From IMG/VR virus record IMGVR_UViG_3300025120_000038: DNA of 64,000 bases, one strand, 5' to 3'. The stretch is from an uncultured virus (IMG/VR IMGVR_UViG_3300025120_000038). Lineage: Duplodnaviria > Heunggongvirae > Uroviricota > Caudoviricetes. Shown piece by piece: positions 1-9,803 of this stretch. Under the pieces are notes generated by a model. The model made no database searches. It saw nothing but the letters and a program-made list of their open reading frames with translations, and was not told the DNA's origin. Position 1 is the stretch's first letter; each line of letters begins with the position of its first letter. The position numbers and the translations under genes were made by a program.

Positions 1-760
1 TTATCCACACTAAACCTGGAGAAAAATTTAAACCTGTAATTGATTGTGTTCCACCATTTCCGCTGTACAAAACAGTGTTAAAATGATTACTAGGAGCATC
101 GTTTTGAACTGTTATACTAAAAGATCTTGATGAACTAGTTTGATTTTCATCATCTGTAGCTGTAATGCTAAATGTTGTTGTTGTATCTGCTGAAACAGAT
201 CCTGCTGTCCCTGTTATAGCTCCTGTAGCTGTAGCTAAAGATAAACCTGTTGGTAAAGTACCTGTAGTTACTGCATACTCTATAGTATCACTACCTTCGG
301 TAGCTGTTACTTGAAAAGAAGCTGCCGCTCCTTCTATAACATTACCTAATGTACCTGCAGCTGTTGACCACACCGGTACGCCGCTATACTGTATGAAGTT
401 AGCTTGAGAAGCTGTACCTCCATTTGTATTTGTTACAGCAACTGCATATTGACCAGCTGCTTTTGCTGGCGTTGTTATTGTAATTTGCGTAGCAGAATTA
501 AAAGCTGTAACAGCTGACGTACCACCTACAGTACAAGTTATACCTGAAGCAAATAATGTACCATTAATAATAACACTTTGACCACCTGCAGGATCTGCTG
601 CTGTAGTGCTTCCTGGATAATCAATAGATGTTATCGTAGGATTAGTTATTGGACTATCCCAAGACATACCACCTGTACCATCAGTCTTTAAAAACTGACC
701 ATCTGTACCATTATTAGATACGCCGTAAAATTGTCCTGCTTTAGGTTTGGTTTGAGCCAT
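1..760 (-). CDS. Tail fibre/spike protein with IPT/Ig-like domains (3' end outside window)
   Basis: ATG at 760, open to window edge: MAQTKPKAGQFYG...PTITSIDYPG...GTLPTGLSLATATGAITGT (Ig-like)...FNTVLYSGNGG. Not in supplied track because it is truncated. Confidence 0.75.
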   Translation of the reverse strand, partial: MAQTKPKAGQFYGVSNNGTDGQFLKTDGTGGMSWDSPITNPTITSIDYPGSTTAADPAGGQSVIINGTLFASGITCTVGGTSAVTAFNSATQITITTPAKAAGQYAVAVTNTNGGTASQANFIQYSGVPVWSTAAGTLGNVIEGAAASFQVTATEGSDTIEYAVTTGTLPTGLSLATATGAITGTAGSVSADTTTTFSITATDDENQTSSSRSFSITVQNDAPSNHFNTVLYSGNGGTQSITGLNFSPGLVWI

Positions 761-1132
761 TTATTCTGTTATTAAATCCCACTCTTGATTTTCTTCATTC
801 CACGCATATCTTTCTCCATCATCTGGATAATCAACTGGTGCTTGCCATAAACATGATGTTTCATCTAGCGTCCAGCTAGCATATGGTTTGGGTGGAATAA
901 AAGCATCGCGAGCATAGTCATAAGTATATCCTATGCCTGCATAATTTTTTCTATATGGAGTACCATCGTCTGAGTGTACACCACCTTGTGTATTATAAGA
1001 AGTTCTTTTACAAACTTGTTTTCTTACATCTTGGTATTGTAATTCCCAGTTTGTATTTGTATCGCCTTCGTCTTTACCTACTATTACTTCGGTTACTACG
1101 TTAGCCATGTCTAAAAATGCGTAATGTGCCAT
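761..1132 (-). CDS. Conserved tail-associated hypothetical protein
   Basis: 123 aa, MAHYAFLD...RKNYAGIGYTYD...DAFIPPKPYASW; directly abuts the next gene; pattern common beside Gly-rich fibre genes. Confidence 0.7.
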   Translation of the reverse strand: MAHYAFLDMANVVTEVIVGKDEGDTNTNWELQYQDVRKQVCKRTSYNTQGGVHSDDGTPYRKNYAGIGYTYDYARDAFIPPKPYASWTLDETSCLWQAPVDYPDDGERYAWNEENQEWDLITE

Positions 1133-1136
1133 ATTA

Positions 1137-2360
1137 TTAGTTTAATTGTATATTTCCAGTACCTGCTGTAAAAGTAGTTACTTTATAATTGCCATCTGTT
1201 GCGGTAGATAATGTCAATCCTGTTCCAGGGTTGGTTAAAGTTTTAGTATTTGCATAGCGTAATATAATTATACCTGATCCTCCTGAAGGAGAAGATACAC
1301 CATCTCTAGACGCACCACCTCCAGCACCACCCCCAGTATTTACAGTTCCATTCTGAGCTGATGTAGGTGCAGGGGGATTTACTTCTTGGTGATATGGCAT
1401 ACCATTTCCACCGCCACCAGTACCGCCTGTTCCAAATGTTCCCGGGTTACCACCATCTTGGCTCCCACCACCTCCGCCGCCGGCATAGGTTACTGCGGAA
1501 CCAGTTATTGAATTTGAAGTGCCATTACCACCATTTCCACCAGTACCACCACTAGCACCACCTCCACCTGCAGAAGCTCCTCCACCGCCACCTCCAGAAT
1601 AACTTGAAGGCGGACCAGATGCACCTGAACCTCCACTACTACCTTGACTAGGTGTTGTTGATGGCGTATTCCCAGATCCACTAGAATCTCCATAATTTCC
1701 ACCACCACCAGATCCACCGCTGACACCTACTCCTATTCCGCCTCCTTCACAACCACCACCTCCGCCTCCAGCAGATGTAATAGTATTAAAAACTGAATCA
1801 CTTCCGTTCCCAGGTCTTGAAGCTGCTAATGTTGAACCAGTCCCTCCACCACCTAAAGTAACCAAATAATTTGTACCATCATTTAAAGTTACAGGGGTTC
1901 CACCAAAATTAGTTCTATAACCACCAGCGCCACCGCCTCCACCTCCAGAGCCTTTACCACCACCGCCTCCACCAGCGACAACTAAATATTCTACTGATGT
2001 TTCTAGTGGTACTAGACTTATATCTTGTCCTGTCCAACCTTTAGTTGCATCTTGATATACTATTGTAGCTGTAGCATTATTAGTTGTTAATTTACCATCA
2101 TTAGTCGCCCCTTGAATTTTTTCAGAACCATTACTTTTTATTATAGCTCTATTAGTTGCAAAAGTACCAGCATAGTCTTGAATAATAACTTCATTACCTA
2201 CAACACCCGCTGGTAACGTTATATATATTTCCCCAGCTGTAGTGTTAACAAAATAACCTTTTGCAGCTTCAGCTGTAAAATTACTTGTCTGGATTGTTGA
2301 TACCCATTCGGTACCAAATGTTCCGTCGATTAAGTTTTTTGTTAATTTTGTTAATGCCAT
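1137..2360 (-). CDS. Glycine-rich tail fibre protein
   Basis: 407 aa; YLVVAGGGGG...GGGGAGGYRT...GGSGIIILRY module; N-terminal ITLP...VYQDATKGW domain. Confidence 0.75.
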   Translation of the reverse strand: MALTKLTKNLIDGTFGTEWVSTIQTSNFTAEAAKGYFVNTTAGEIYITLPAGVVGNEVIIQDYAGTFATNRAIIKSNGSEKIQGATNDGKLTTNNATATIVYQDATKGWTGQDISLVPLETSVEYLVVAGGGGGGKGSGGGGGGAGGYRTNFGGTPVTLNDGTNYLVTLGGGGTGSTLAASRPGNGSDSVFNTITSAGGGGGGCEGGGIGVGVSGGSGGGGNYGDSSGSGNTPSTTPSQGSSGGSGASGPPSSYSGGGGGGASAGGGGASGGTGGNGGNGTSNSITGSAVTYAGGGGGGSQDGGNPGTFGTGGTGGGGNGMPYHQEVNPPAPTSAQNGTVNTGGGAGGGASRDGVSSPSGGSGIIILRYANTKTLTNPGTGLTLSTATDGNYKVTTFTAGTGNIQLN

Positions 2361-4885
2361 TAGTTAAACTGTATTGTGCCTGTACCGGCTGTAAATGTTA
2401 CTAGTGTATCAGATCCTGATGTAGCTGTTGTACTTGTTAATCCAGCCCCTATAGTTATAGTGCCGCTAGCTGTTGGATAACGCATTACTACAAGCCCAGA
2501 TCCTCCAGGTTGCCCTTGATTTACACTACTACTATTAGAGTTTCTTCCACCTCCACCCCCACCGGTGTTAGTTGTTCCTGCTACATTATAATCACCTCCA
2601 CCACCAGTACCACCAGTACCAGGGCCTGTTAGACTATCTTGATTAGCAATTAATCCACCTGAAGCTCCACCACCACCTCTAGTAACAGAGGTTCCAGTTA
2701 TAGCATTAGGTAATCCATTACCTCCATTTGAACAATCCTGATAAGTAGCAGTAGGCTGGGAACCAGCTCCACCTCCGCCTCCACCATACCATGTGGTACC
2801 ATTATTATATTGTCCCGATCCATTAAATCCTTGTACGGGTGAAGCTGTTCGAATTCCTTCTCCAGCAGCTCCAGATGAATAACCTGCTTGAGCTACCATT
2901 CCACCACCGGATCCACCTGGACCTCCATTAAAAACCCCAGCATTTCTGTATCCACCACGTCCACCACCTGTAGATGTTATATTACCTGTGCTATGCCCCA
3001 TCACTGAATCTGATCCTTGAGTACTACCCGCACCACCAGCCCCTACTGTTATAGTATAATTCGTTGCAAGTAATATTTCTTGAGACGATTCTGTAGAACC
3101 TCCACCACCAGTGGCTGTTCCATAAGATGTTCTATAACCTCCAGCGCCTCCACCTCCACCAGTAGCGTATTGACCAGCACCACCACCACCACCACCTGCT
3201 ATTACTAAATAGTCTGCGGTTAAACTAGGAGGAGGTGTACTAGTTAATCCAGAAATAACTAAATTTGTATTTAAGCTATTTGCATCTGGATAAACACCTG
3301 ATATAGTTATAGTTAAAATATTTGCAGGTGAATTATTATTATAAGCTTGTGTGAAACTTAATCCATTAGGTAAATTAGCAATTTGAGCTGCACCACTTAA
3401 TACATTATTACCATCGGTTATAGTAAATGTTGTAGATGGGAACAATGATCCTGCTTGAAGAGGACCTGTAGAACTAGGGCTAGGTAAAGTATAAGTAAAT
3501 CCTTGTCCAGTTGGTGTATTAAATGATACATAAACATCTATTAATGTATTAGATATTGTAAAATTATTAGGTGAATTAGTTACCACACTTATCCCAGTTC
3601 CACCAATTAAAGTTGCAGGTGCTAATGTACCACCTGAATTTAAAAACCCTACAGATCTTATTTCTATTATAACACCATTTGGCGGTGGCGTAGCAAAAGT
3701 AACCACATTGGCAGCTAATGTAAGTGTACCTACGTTTTGATATAAACCATTTAGGTATACTTCAATAGCATTTAAATCTACTGGTGTTATACCAAGAGTG
3801 TAATCAGTTTCTGTACCATCACCTGTGAAAGTGTCTGTGTATAAGGCATTAGTCGATGCTGATATAGCACCCAATACCATTACTTCTATATTATAACCAC
3901 TTTGAGGTGCCGTTACAAAAGTTAATGTAGTTCCTGATATGCTATACGTACTTTTATCTTGGTATATACCTTCTAAAAATACAAATGTCATATTCTCTTC
4001 GTTAACAGTTGTATTTAAAGTAAATGCTGTTTGAGAACCTGTACCTACAAAGTTATTCTTATTAAATCCACTTAAAGCTAAAGCTTTTACATGAACTATT
4101 TCTATATTAGCGCCATTTGGTGGTGCTGTTGTAAATGATACTACATTACCTGTAGTTTGATATGTTAACTTAGACTGATAAACACCACTTACAAATACTG
4201 TTGTTGCATCTTCATTAATTATGGAAAGTGATGTAGCAAAATTAGTTGTTGTGCCATCACCTACAAATTCATCAACCTCAATAACACCATTAACTGAAAC
4301 ATAATGCATTATTTCTATTTCAGTACCCGTTGGAGGTGCTGTGCCAAATGTTACTGTAACCCCTGTTGCTGTGAAAGTGTCTTTATCTTGATAAACACCG
4401 TCTAAGTAGATTTGTATATTATTTTCTGATGCTACAGTAGATGAAACACCATAAGCAACAGTTGAACCATCACCAGTATAGTTATTTCTTTGTATTGTTA
4501 CTGTACCACCACCTCCACCTCCCCCCGTAGAAGCAATTGTAAGCGTGTCTGTTGAAGCATCTGTGGTTAAAGTAATGTTATTACCAGCGGCTACAGTTAA
4601 AGTGTCTGTAGGGCCATCTGCCACAATACTTGATTGTCCTGAAACTGCAAATGTTTTGAATGCTTCTGTTACTGTTCCACTTCCACCGCCACCTATTGCA
4701 CCCCAAGCCGGAGTTGAGCCAAAATATCCTTCAAATTCAGCTGTAGTAGTATTGTATCTAAACATACCAACCGCAGGCGAACCTGGGCGCTGAGCCGTTG
4801 TACCATCTGGTACTTGGATCCAGTTCCCGCTTGATATTGATAGATAACCATCAATTTCTACTGAACTTTTAAACTTTGAAGCCAT
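2360..4885 (-). CDS. Tail fibre protein with four ~75-aa repeats and a glycine-rich C-terminal module
   Basis: 841 aa; repeats (F/Y)xGxGxxxx(F/Y)...GxYQ...F-x-T-(A/P)-P-x-x-G; C-terminal YLVIAGGGG module. Confidence 0.75.
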   Translation of the reverse strand: MASKFKSSVEIDGYLSISSGNWIQVPDGTTAQRPGSPAVGMFRYNTTTAEFEGYFGSTPAWGAIGGGGSGTVTEAFKTFAVSGQSSIVADGPTDTLTVAAGNNITLTTDASTDTLTIASTGGGGGGGTVTIQRNNYTGDGSTVAYGVSSTVASENNIQIYLDGVYQDKDTFTATGVTVTFGTAPPTGTEIEIMHYVSVNGVIEVDEFVGDGTTTNFATSLSIINEDATTVFVSGVYQSKLTYQTTGNVVSFTTAPPNGANIEIVHVKALALSGFNKNNFVGTGSQTAFTLNTTVNEENMTFVFLEGIYQDKSTYSISGTTLTFVTAPQSGYNIEVMVLGAISASTNALYTDTFTGDGTETDYTLGITPVDLNAIEVYLNGLYQNVGTLTLAANVVTFATPPPNGVIIEIRSVGFLNSGGTLAPATLIGGTGISVVTNSPNNFTISNTLIDVYVSFNTPTGQGFTYTLPSPSSTGPLQAGSLFPSTTFTITDGNNVLSGAAQIANLPNGLSFTQAYNNNSPANILTITISGVYPDANSLNTNLVISGLTSTPPPSLTADYLVIAGGGGGGAGQYATGGGGGAGGYRTSYGTATGGGGSTESSQEILLATNYTITVGAGGAGSTQGSDSVMGHSTGNITSTGGGRGGYRNAGVFNGGPGGSGGGMVAQAGYSSGAAGEGIRTASPVQGFNGSGQYNNGTTWYGGGGGGAGSQPTATYQDCSNGGNGLPNAITGTSVTRGGGGASGGLIANQDSLTGPGTGGTGGGGDYNVAGTTNTGGGGGGRNSNSSSVNQGQPGGSGLVVMRYPTASGTITIGAGLTSTTATSGSDTLVTFTAGTGTIQFN

Positions 4886-4888
4886 ATA

Positions 4889-6253
4889 TTAAATTTCTTG
4901 AATAAGTACTCTTATATCATTTGTAGTTGGTGCTGTTGTAAAGTTTACTGTAACAACATTAGCACTAGTTCTTACAACATCAGCATATACTGTGTCATAA
5001 GATGATAAGTCATAAAGTTGTACTATAACATCAAAACTATTTAAATTGTGTGTAATTGTATACGAGGTAGCTGAACCATTACCTATTGAAGCTGTAAATG
5101 TTTTATTTGAAAGTTGTACCCAACCAGTTGTATCTACAGTAAAATCTGCAGAATCATAACCTGATATACCTTTTATAGCCGCTCCAGCGGTTGCTGCTGC
5201 GGTAGCTATATCTATATTGCTTTGAACTACTGTCCAATTAGCTAATGCGCTACCTGCTCCTGCTGCTGTTGCTGTTTCTGCAATTAAAAAGTCACCTATT
5301 CTTACTTGTTCTGAAAAGAATAAGCCATCTGCAGTTACAGTATAAGTATCTCCTACAGCTATTGCTATATTCCCACCACTTACATTGTTACCCATATTTT
5401 GATGGTAGTAACAAATATAATTTAAACTTGGTGCACCCGCTTGTAACGTTACAGTAAGTCTTCTTTGAGTTGCTGCTGCAAATCCACTAATATAATTAGT
5501 GTATGTTACTGTTGATCCATCTAAAGTATAAGTTACCCCAGTACTATAAGCGCCTGCTGCAACAGCCGATGTACTTAATATTAATGGATGTGATGCATTA
5601 CTAGAATCATCTTGATTTATAGTGTATGCGGTACCTTCTATAAGAGTTAATGTTTGTTGCTGTATACCGTCTACATAAAATTTATTTGCACCTGAAGCAT
5701 TTGATACTGTTATGGTATATGTAGCTGCACTTGTTGATGAATCTAAATCAGGTGTGTTTGTTGCAGCATCATAACCACCTTTATAAGTTAAACCACCAAC
5801 TACAGCATTGTCAACATAAGCTTTTGTGGCTGCATCTTGTGCATTAGTAGGATCTGTAACGCTAATAATTTTATTACTACCCATATCAACATTAGCATTA
5901 GCCGCTGCTAATGAACTTATAGGTGTACCTATTACAAAGTCATATATTTGATCACCTGTAGCAAGTGCTGTACTGTTATTTGCAACTGTAGCTGTAACTA
6001 TAGCTAATTGCACTATAGGCCCAGCACCATTTGTTACAGTAAGCTGATTTGCTGTGGATGTTGTTATTTCTGTTATATCACCGGAAAATGATGTCCACGC
6101 AGTACCGTTGTAATAATATACATTATTATCCGAAGAGTCATAATATATCTGGCCAGATACAGGATTTGAAGGTGCAGTACCTAAAACCTGTATTACAGCA
6201 TTTTGTAGCTGATTCTTGTTTAAATCAAGATTGTTTAAAAAATTTATTGCCAT
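4889..6253 (-). CDS. Virion structural/tail protein with an inserted cupredoxin-like domain
   Basis: 454 aa; DPTNAQDAATKAYVD fibre motif, HPL...YICYYHQNMG, C-terminal ITHNLNS domain. Confidence 0.65.
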   Translation of the reverse strand: MAINFLNNLDLNKNQLQNAVIQVLGTAPSNPVSGQIYYDSSDNNVYYYNGTAWTSFSGDITEITTSTANQLTVTNGAGPIVQLAIVTATVANNSTALATGDQIYDFVIGTPISSLAAANANVDMGSNKIISVTDPTNAQDAATKAYVDNAVVGGLTYKGGYDAATNTPDLDSSTSAATYTITVSNASGANKFYVDGIQQQTLTLIEGTAYTINQDDSSNASHPLILSTSAVAAGAYSTGVTYTLDGSTVTYTNYISGFAAATQRRLTVTLQAGAPSLNYICYYHQNMGNNVSGGNIAIAVGDTYTVTADGLFFSEQVRIGDFLIAETATAAGAGSALANWTVVQSNIDIATAAATAGAAIKGISGYDSADFTVDTTGWVQLSNKTFTASIGNGSATSYTITHNLNSFDVIVQLYDLSSYDTVYADVVRTSANVVTVNFTTAPTTNDIRVLIQEI

Positions 6254-6260
6254 TTTTTGT

Positions 6261-6956
6261 TTAGTTTAAATATGCATTACCACTTGTTGCGGAATTGAAT
6301 ACTACTGTTATTTTATTTTCATTATCATATGTTACAGCGCCGGTAATTTCACTACCAGCTGAATCTACTGTAGTTATACTTGGAAATCTTCCTAAATTAT
6401 GTTCTATTACCCAAGTTGAGGCTGGAACTGGAAATTGCTCGTCATATTCATAGTCTTGTCCGCCAAAAGGCTGAATTGATATAACACTATTTCCTACTGT
6501 GCTTGATCCGCCTTTAAATGTAAACGTTAAAAGATATGCGGAACCATTGCTTAATGTGGTAGAACTTTTTACTTTGTATAACCCATATCCTAAACTTTCA
6601 GATGTGCCTATGTCTGTAATTTTAATTAATTGATTAACTAAAAAAGGAATCATAGGTGTTACATCTTCACCATTTTTATTATACCTGCTTATTGCAATGC
6701 CTGTTATATTTGCCCATCCATAAACACTAGGTGCTGACGGATCCACTTGGTATCTGTACTCACCGGTTGCAATAGTTTCATTTGTATATGTTCCAGCATA
6801 GTTATATTGAAATAAAGCATTACCAGTTTGTTCAAAATATTGAGCAAGTTCTTCTATCTGGTAATTTTTAGTAGCATTACCGTTTATATCTGTTCCAACT
6901 AATTTATCACCGCCTTGTATGGTTGTATCATTTGGATATAATTTTATTCTTGCCAT
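6261..6956 (-). CDS. Virion structural protein
   Basis: 231 aa; N-terminus (MARIKLYPND..GGDKLVGTD..TKNY) paralogous to 10353-12467; C-terminal WVIEHNLGRFPS domain. Confidence 0.65.
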   Translation of the reverse strand: MARIKLYPNDTTIQGGDKLVGTDINGNATKNYQIEELAQYFEQTGNALFQYNYAGTYTNETIATGEYRYQVDPSAPSVYGWANITGIAISRYNKNGEDVTPMIPFLVNQLIKITDIGTSESLGYGLYKVKSSTTLSNGSAYLLTFTFKGGSSTVGNSVISIQPFGGQDYEYDEQFPVPASTWVIEHNLGRFPSITTVDSAGSEITGAVTYDNENKITVVFNSATSGNAYLN

Positions 6957-6959
6957 ATT

Positions 6960-7886
6960 TTAAGGATAAATATAATTTGAAGGACCAATATCGGGTGTTA
7001 TATTATAGCACCCTCCATTTCCACTTAAACCAGTATCATAATAATAGTTTCTATAAGAAATTGATGAGGGTTGGTAGCCGCTAGAATCTGTAATTTCGTA
7101 TCTCCAAGTAAATGATTTATTAGATTGATTAGCTGCAGTAATATTATTTCCGCCAGCATAATAAAGAGAAGTTCCTGTAGGATTACTGAGCCCCATGGTG
7201 TTATTTTGATTACTTATTGTTGCTGCAAATCCAGTAGCACCTGTAGGTTGCGTTATAAAGTTATATGCTCCTACCCCTGTAGTACTTGAACTATTTGTAA
7301 TAGTACCTGTATTAAAAGTAAAATCATAAATAGTACCAGCAGCAAACCTTAAAGAACTACCTACAGTAACTGTTACTTTATTTATTTCAGTTGGAGTTGC
7401 AAAACTACCTGATGGGATTATAGTTTGAGTAGCATATGGTGAAGCATATTGTGTTGCGGATTGATTACCGGATCCTCCTGCGTCAGGATTAGGCCTACCA
7501 CCAAAAGGACTTGCTAATGTGGTATTTCCAGTAGGTGTTATTCCTAATGAAATAACCCTTTGAGCAGCATCACATGTTATATTACTAGAAACCCCATAAC
7601 CAAAACTTTCTGCTCCATCAACTGCTTTAACTAATCCAGATTGACCAATAGCTCCATTTGTTCCTACTAAATCAAATGTTGCACCTGCAGGCCCTGTAAT
7701 ACTGGTTGAAAAAACGCCTACTGCAGCTCCAGTATTTGGATAATTATATGTTCCATTTTGTCCTGTCCACGATGTTAACTCTGTTACATTAGGAAATATT
7801 TGTGAATTGCCAACATATGCAGCAGTCACGTTGTCGTTCCCTACCTTTAAGGCGGCTAATGCGTTTTCTGCTAAGTTTGTTGGCAT
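6960..7886 (-). CDS. Putative receptor-binding/fibre tip protein
   Basis: 308 aa, Ser/Thr/Gly-rich; N-terminal LKVGNDNVTAAYVGNSQIFP motif. Confidence 0.6.
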   Translation of the reverse strand: MPTNLAENALAALKVGNDNVTAAYVGNSQIFPNVTELTSWTGQNGTYNYPNTGAAVGVFSTSITGPAGATFDLVGTNGAIGQSGLVKAVDGAESFGYGVSSNITCDAAQRVISLGITPTGNTTLASPFGGRPNPDAGGSGNQSATQYASPYATQTIIPSGSFATPTEINKVTVTVGSSLRFAAGTIYDFTFNTGTITNSSSTTGVGAYNFITQPTGATGFAATISNQNNTMGLSNPTGTSLYYAGGNNITAANQSNKSFTWRYEITDSSGYQPSSISYRNYYYDTGLSGNGGCYNITPDIGPSNYIYP

Positions 7887-8042
7887 CTATGCTGTAATTA
7901 AATATAATGTATTTGGATCTTTAGTACCGATAGCATCGTATTGAGCTTGTGTACCTTTCCAAAAATCAAGTAATGATTTAGAATTACTATTAGCTGCGCT
8001 ATAGTACGGTTGACCACCTATTATGTTTGTTAAATTTGCCAT
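7887..8042 (-). CDS. Small tail adaptor-like protein (51 aa)
   Basis: Read by hand: MANLTNIIGG...WKGTQAQYDAIGTKDPNTLYLITA; paralogous to the C-terminus of 9803-10030. Confidence 0.75.
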   Translation of the reverse strand: MANLTNIIGGQPYYSAANSNSKSLLDFWKGTQAQYDAIGTKDPNTLYLITA

Positions 8043-8045
8043 TTT

Positions 8046-8201
8046 TTAATTTTTATATGGTATTTTTTTATTTAGCCATTCTTGACGTTCATCACACCCG
8101 CAATCATTACCAAAAACTTTTTTTACTACTGTTTTTATTCCTGTAGCTGATGTAAATCTTTCTACTGTATCGCCAAAGCCTTTATCTTTTATAGTAATCA
8201 T
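8046..8201 (-). CDS. Small CGC-motif protein (51 aa)
   Basis: Read by hand: MITIKDKGFGDTVERFTSATGIKTVVKKVFGNDCGCDERQEWLNKKIPYKN (alternative start at 8210). Confidence 0.75.
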   Translation of the reverse strand: MITIKDKGFGDTVERFTSATGIKTVVKKVFGNDCGCDERQEWLNKKIPYKN

Positions 8202-8412
8202 CTTGTGCATTTCTTACTAAGTTTAAAACTTTATTTATTACTTCAGGTCCTTGAAATGTTAAACCTTCATATTGTAAAGTTGGTACTTGTTCAGGTTTAA
8301 AACCTCTATATTCTTTGCTATCTATATTAAATACAGTCGTATGTATTTTTTTTGGTATATCTAATTGATCGCAAAAATTGCAATTGTCTTTTGTAAAAAT
8401 TTTTATTTCCAT
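8182..8412 (-). CDS. Glutaredoxin/NrdH-like protein
   Basis: 76 aa; IFTKDNCNFC active-site motif and VP cis-Pro motif (QVPTL). Confidence 0.75.
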   Translation of the reverse strand: MEIKIFTKDNCNFCDQLDIPKKIHTTVFNIDSKEYRGFKPEQVPTLQYEGLTFQGPEVINKVLNLVRNAQDDYYKR

Positions 8413-8441
8413 TTGATTTAATTTAATTTAATTATATTTTG

Positions 8442-9803
8442 TTAAGGACATGTCATTGATATCGATCCTAAATTTAAAGTATCAGTCGCCATACCAGTAT
8501 CATTTAAAGTCCAAACTCCACTAAATGTACAACTATCGCCAGTTGTAGGCATAGGTGATCCGGATCCCACAAGACCACAACCTATTGTGGATGTATGAGG
8601 CCCAACTGCTGATGAACTAAAAGGCCAATAAGGACTACCTGAATAAGTAGATCCTCCGATATTACAAGAACAAGAAGCGCCCGTCAGTGAAGAAGATCCA
8701 CCCCCTACTAATGTAGTTGTAACCATTTGTTTATATATACCTGTACTACCTTGACCAACACAATTTACACTTCCAGATGCTGTAGCAGTAAGTAATTCAT
8801 TATATCTAGCTGTAGTACTATAACCAGGTATTGGAGTTGTAACAGTTCCACCATCAGAACAAGTTGTTGTATCTACATATTGAAAACTACCATTATTTAA
8901 TTTATAAGATCCTGGAGCACAACTTCCAAAACATGCAAGTCTTGCAGATATTACAACTGTTCCAGATGTACCGGATGCACTACAAGAGTTACATGTAGGG
9001 CATGCACCATTATATGTTACTGGGTTAGTAACAATAGTTGCTCCCGCTGGGTTAGATGAAGGGGACCAAGTACAAGATCCTGTATAACTTGGATTAGATC
9101 CTGTTTGTGAAAAAGTAGTACTTCCAGAATTATATCCAGATTTGCTAGAAGTAAAAGTACTATTACAAGTTATACCACAACCATTACCATAAGGCCCACC
9201 AGCTAAGTAAGGCCTACTATAACTGTAGTATGTATAATTATTAGATGATCCCGCATTAAAAGTTCCTGATCCAGAAGTTCCACCAACACAATCAGCACTA
9301 TTACTAACGCTATAATTAACTGTACCAAGGGCTACAGAATCAGAAGAAGCGGTTAATGGAAAAGTTCCATTTTGAGTTACATTAAGATCTGGTAATTGTA
9401 ATTGTGTTGCACCATTTACTGTTAAAGTTACCGTAACGCCTGTAGCTGGATAAGTACCACTAACATTTAATGTTGCGGTTGTACTTCCTTGCCCACTTAT
9501 TGAAGCAGTAACATTACTGCCTGTATCACCTGATTCAGCCACACTAACGGTACCCTGAAATATTCTTCCAGAGTCTGTTGTTATAGTTCTTGTAAAGGAT
9601 GCAAAAGATGCACCGGGAGTTCCAGTTGATGAAAATTGAGTCGTATCCATAGTAGCACCAGAAATAGCATCTACAAAATTTATTATAATAGCATTTGTAT
9701 TTACATAAAACTGATCTGTTTGTTTATACCCATTCTCAATGTTCGTTGAACCTTTTTTAAGGTTACCACTGGAAACTTCGTTACTTCCTTTGTATACTGG
9801 CAT
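8442..9803 (-). CDS. Cysteine-rich putative fibre/receptor-binding protein
   Basis: 453 aa, Ser/Thr/Gly-rich, 16 Cys in the C-terminal ~280 aa. Confidence 0.65.
   Translation of the reverse strand: MPVYKGSNEVSSGNLKKGSTNIENGYKQTDQFYVNTNAIIINFVDAISGATMDTTQFSSTGTPGASFASFTRTITTDSGRIFQGTVSVAESGDTGSNVTASISGQGSTTATLNVSGTYPATGVTVTLTVNGATQLQLPDLNVTQNGTFPLTASSDSVALGTVNYSVSNSADCVGGTSGSGTFNAGSSNNYTYYSYSRPYLAGGPYGNGCGITCNSTFTSSKSGYNSGSTTFSQTGSNPSYTGSCTWSPSSNPAGATIVTNPVTYNGACPTCNSCSASGTSGTVVISARLACFGSCAPGSYKLNNGSFQYVDTTTCSDGGTVTTPIPGYSTTARYNELLTATASGSVNCVGQGSTGIYKQMVTTTLVGGGSSSLTGASCSCNIGGSTYSGSPYWPFSSSAVGPHTSTIGCGLVGSGSPMPTTGDSCTFSGVWTLNDTGMATDTLNLGSISMTCP

Noticed and set aside
1505..1726. +1-frame ORF (73 aa) in the glycine-rich gene; likewise 63748-63963
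   Set aside because: Gly/Ser-rich sequence has almost no NTA codons, so the +1 frame stays open by composition; the product is a Val/Glu shadow
1137..4885. Diversity-generating retroelement acting on the repeated fibre ends
   Set aside because: No reverse transcriptase, and no near-identical template/variable repeat pair differing only at adenines was seen
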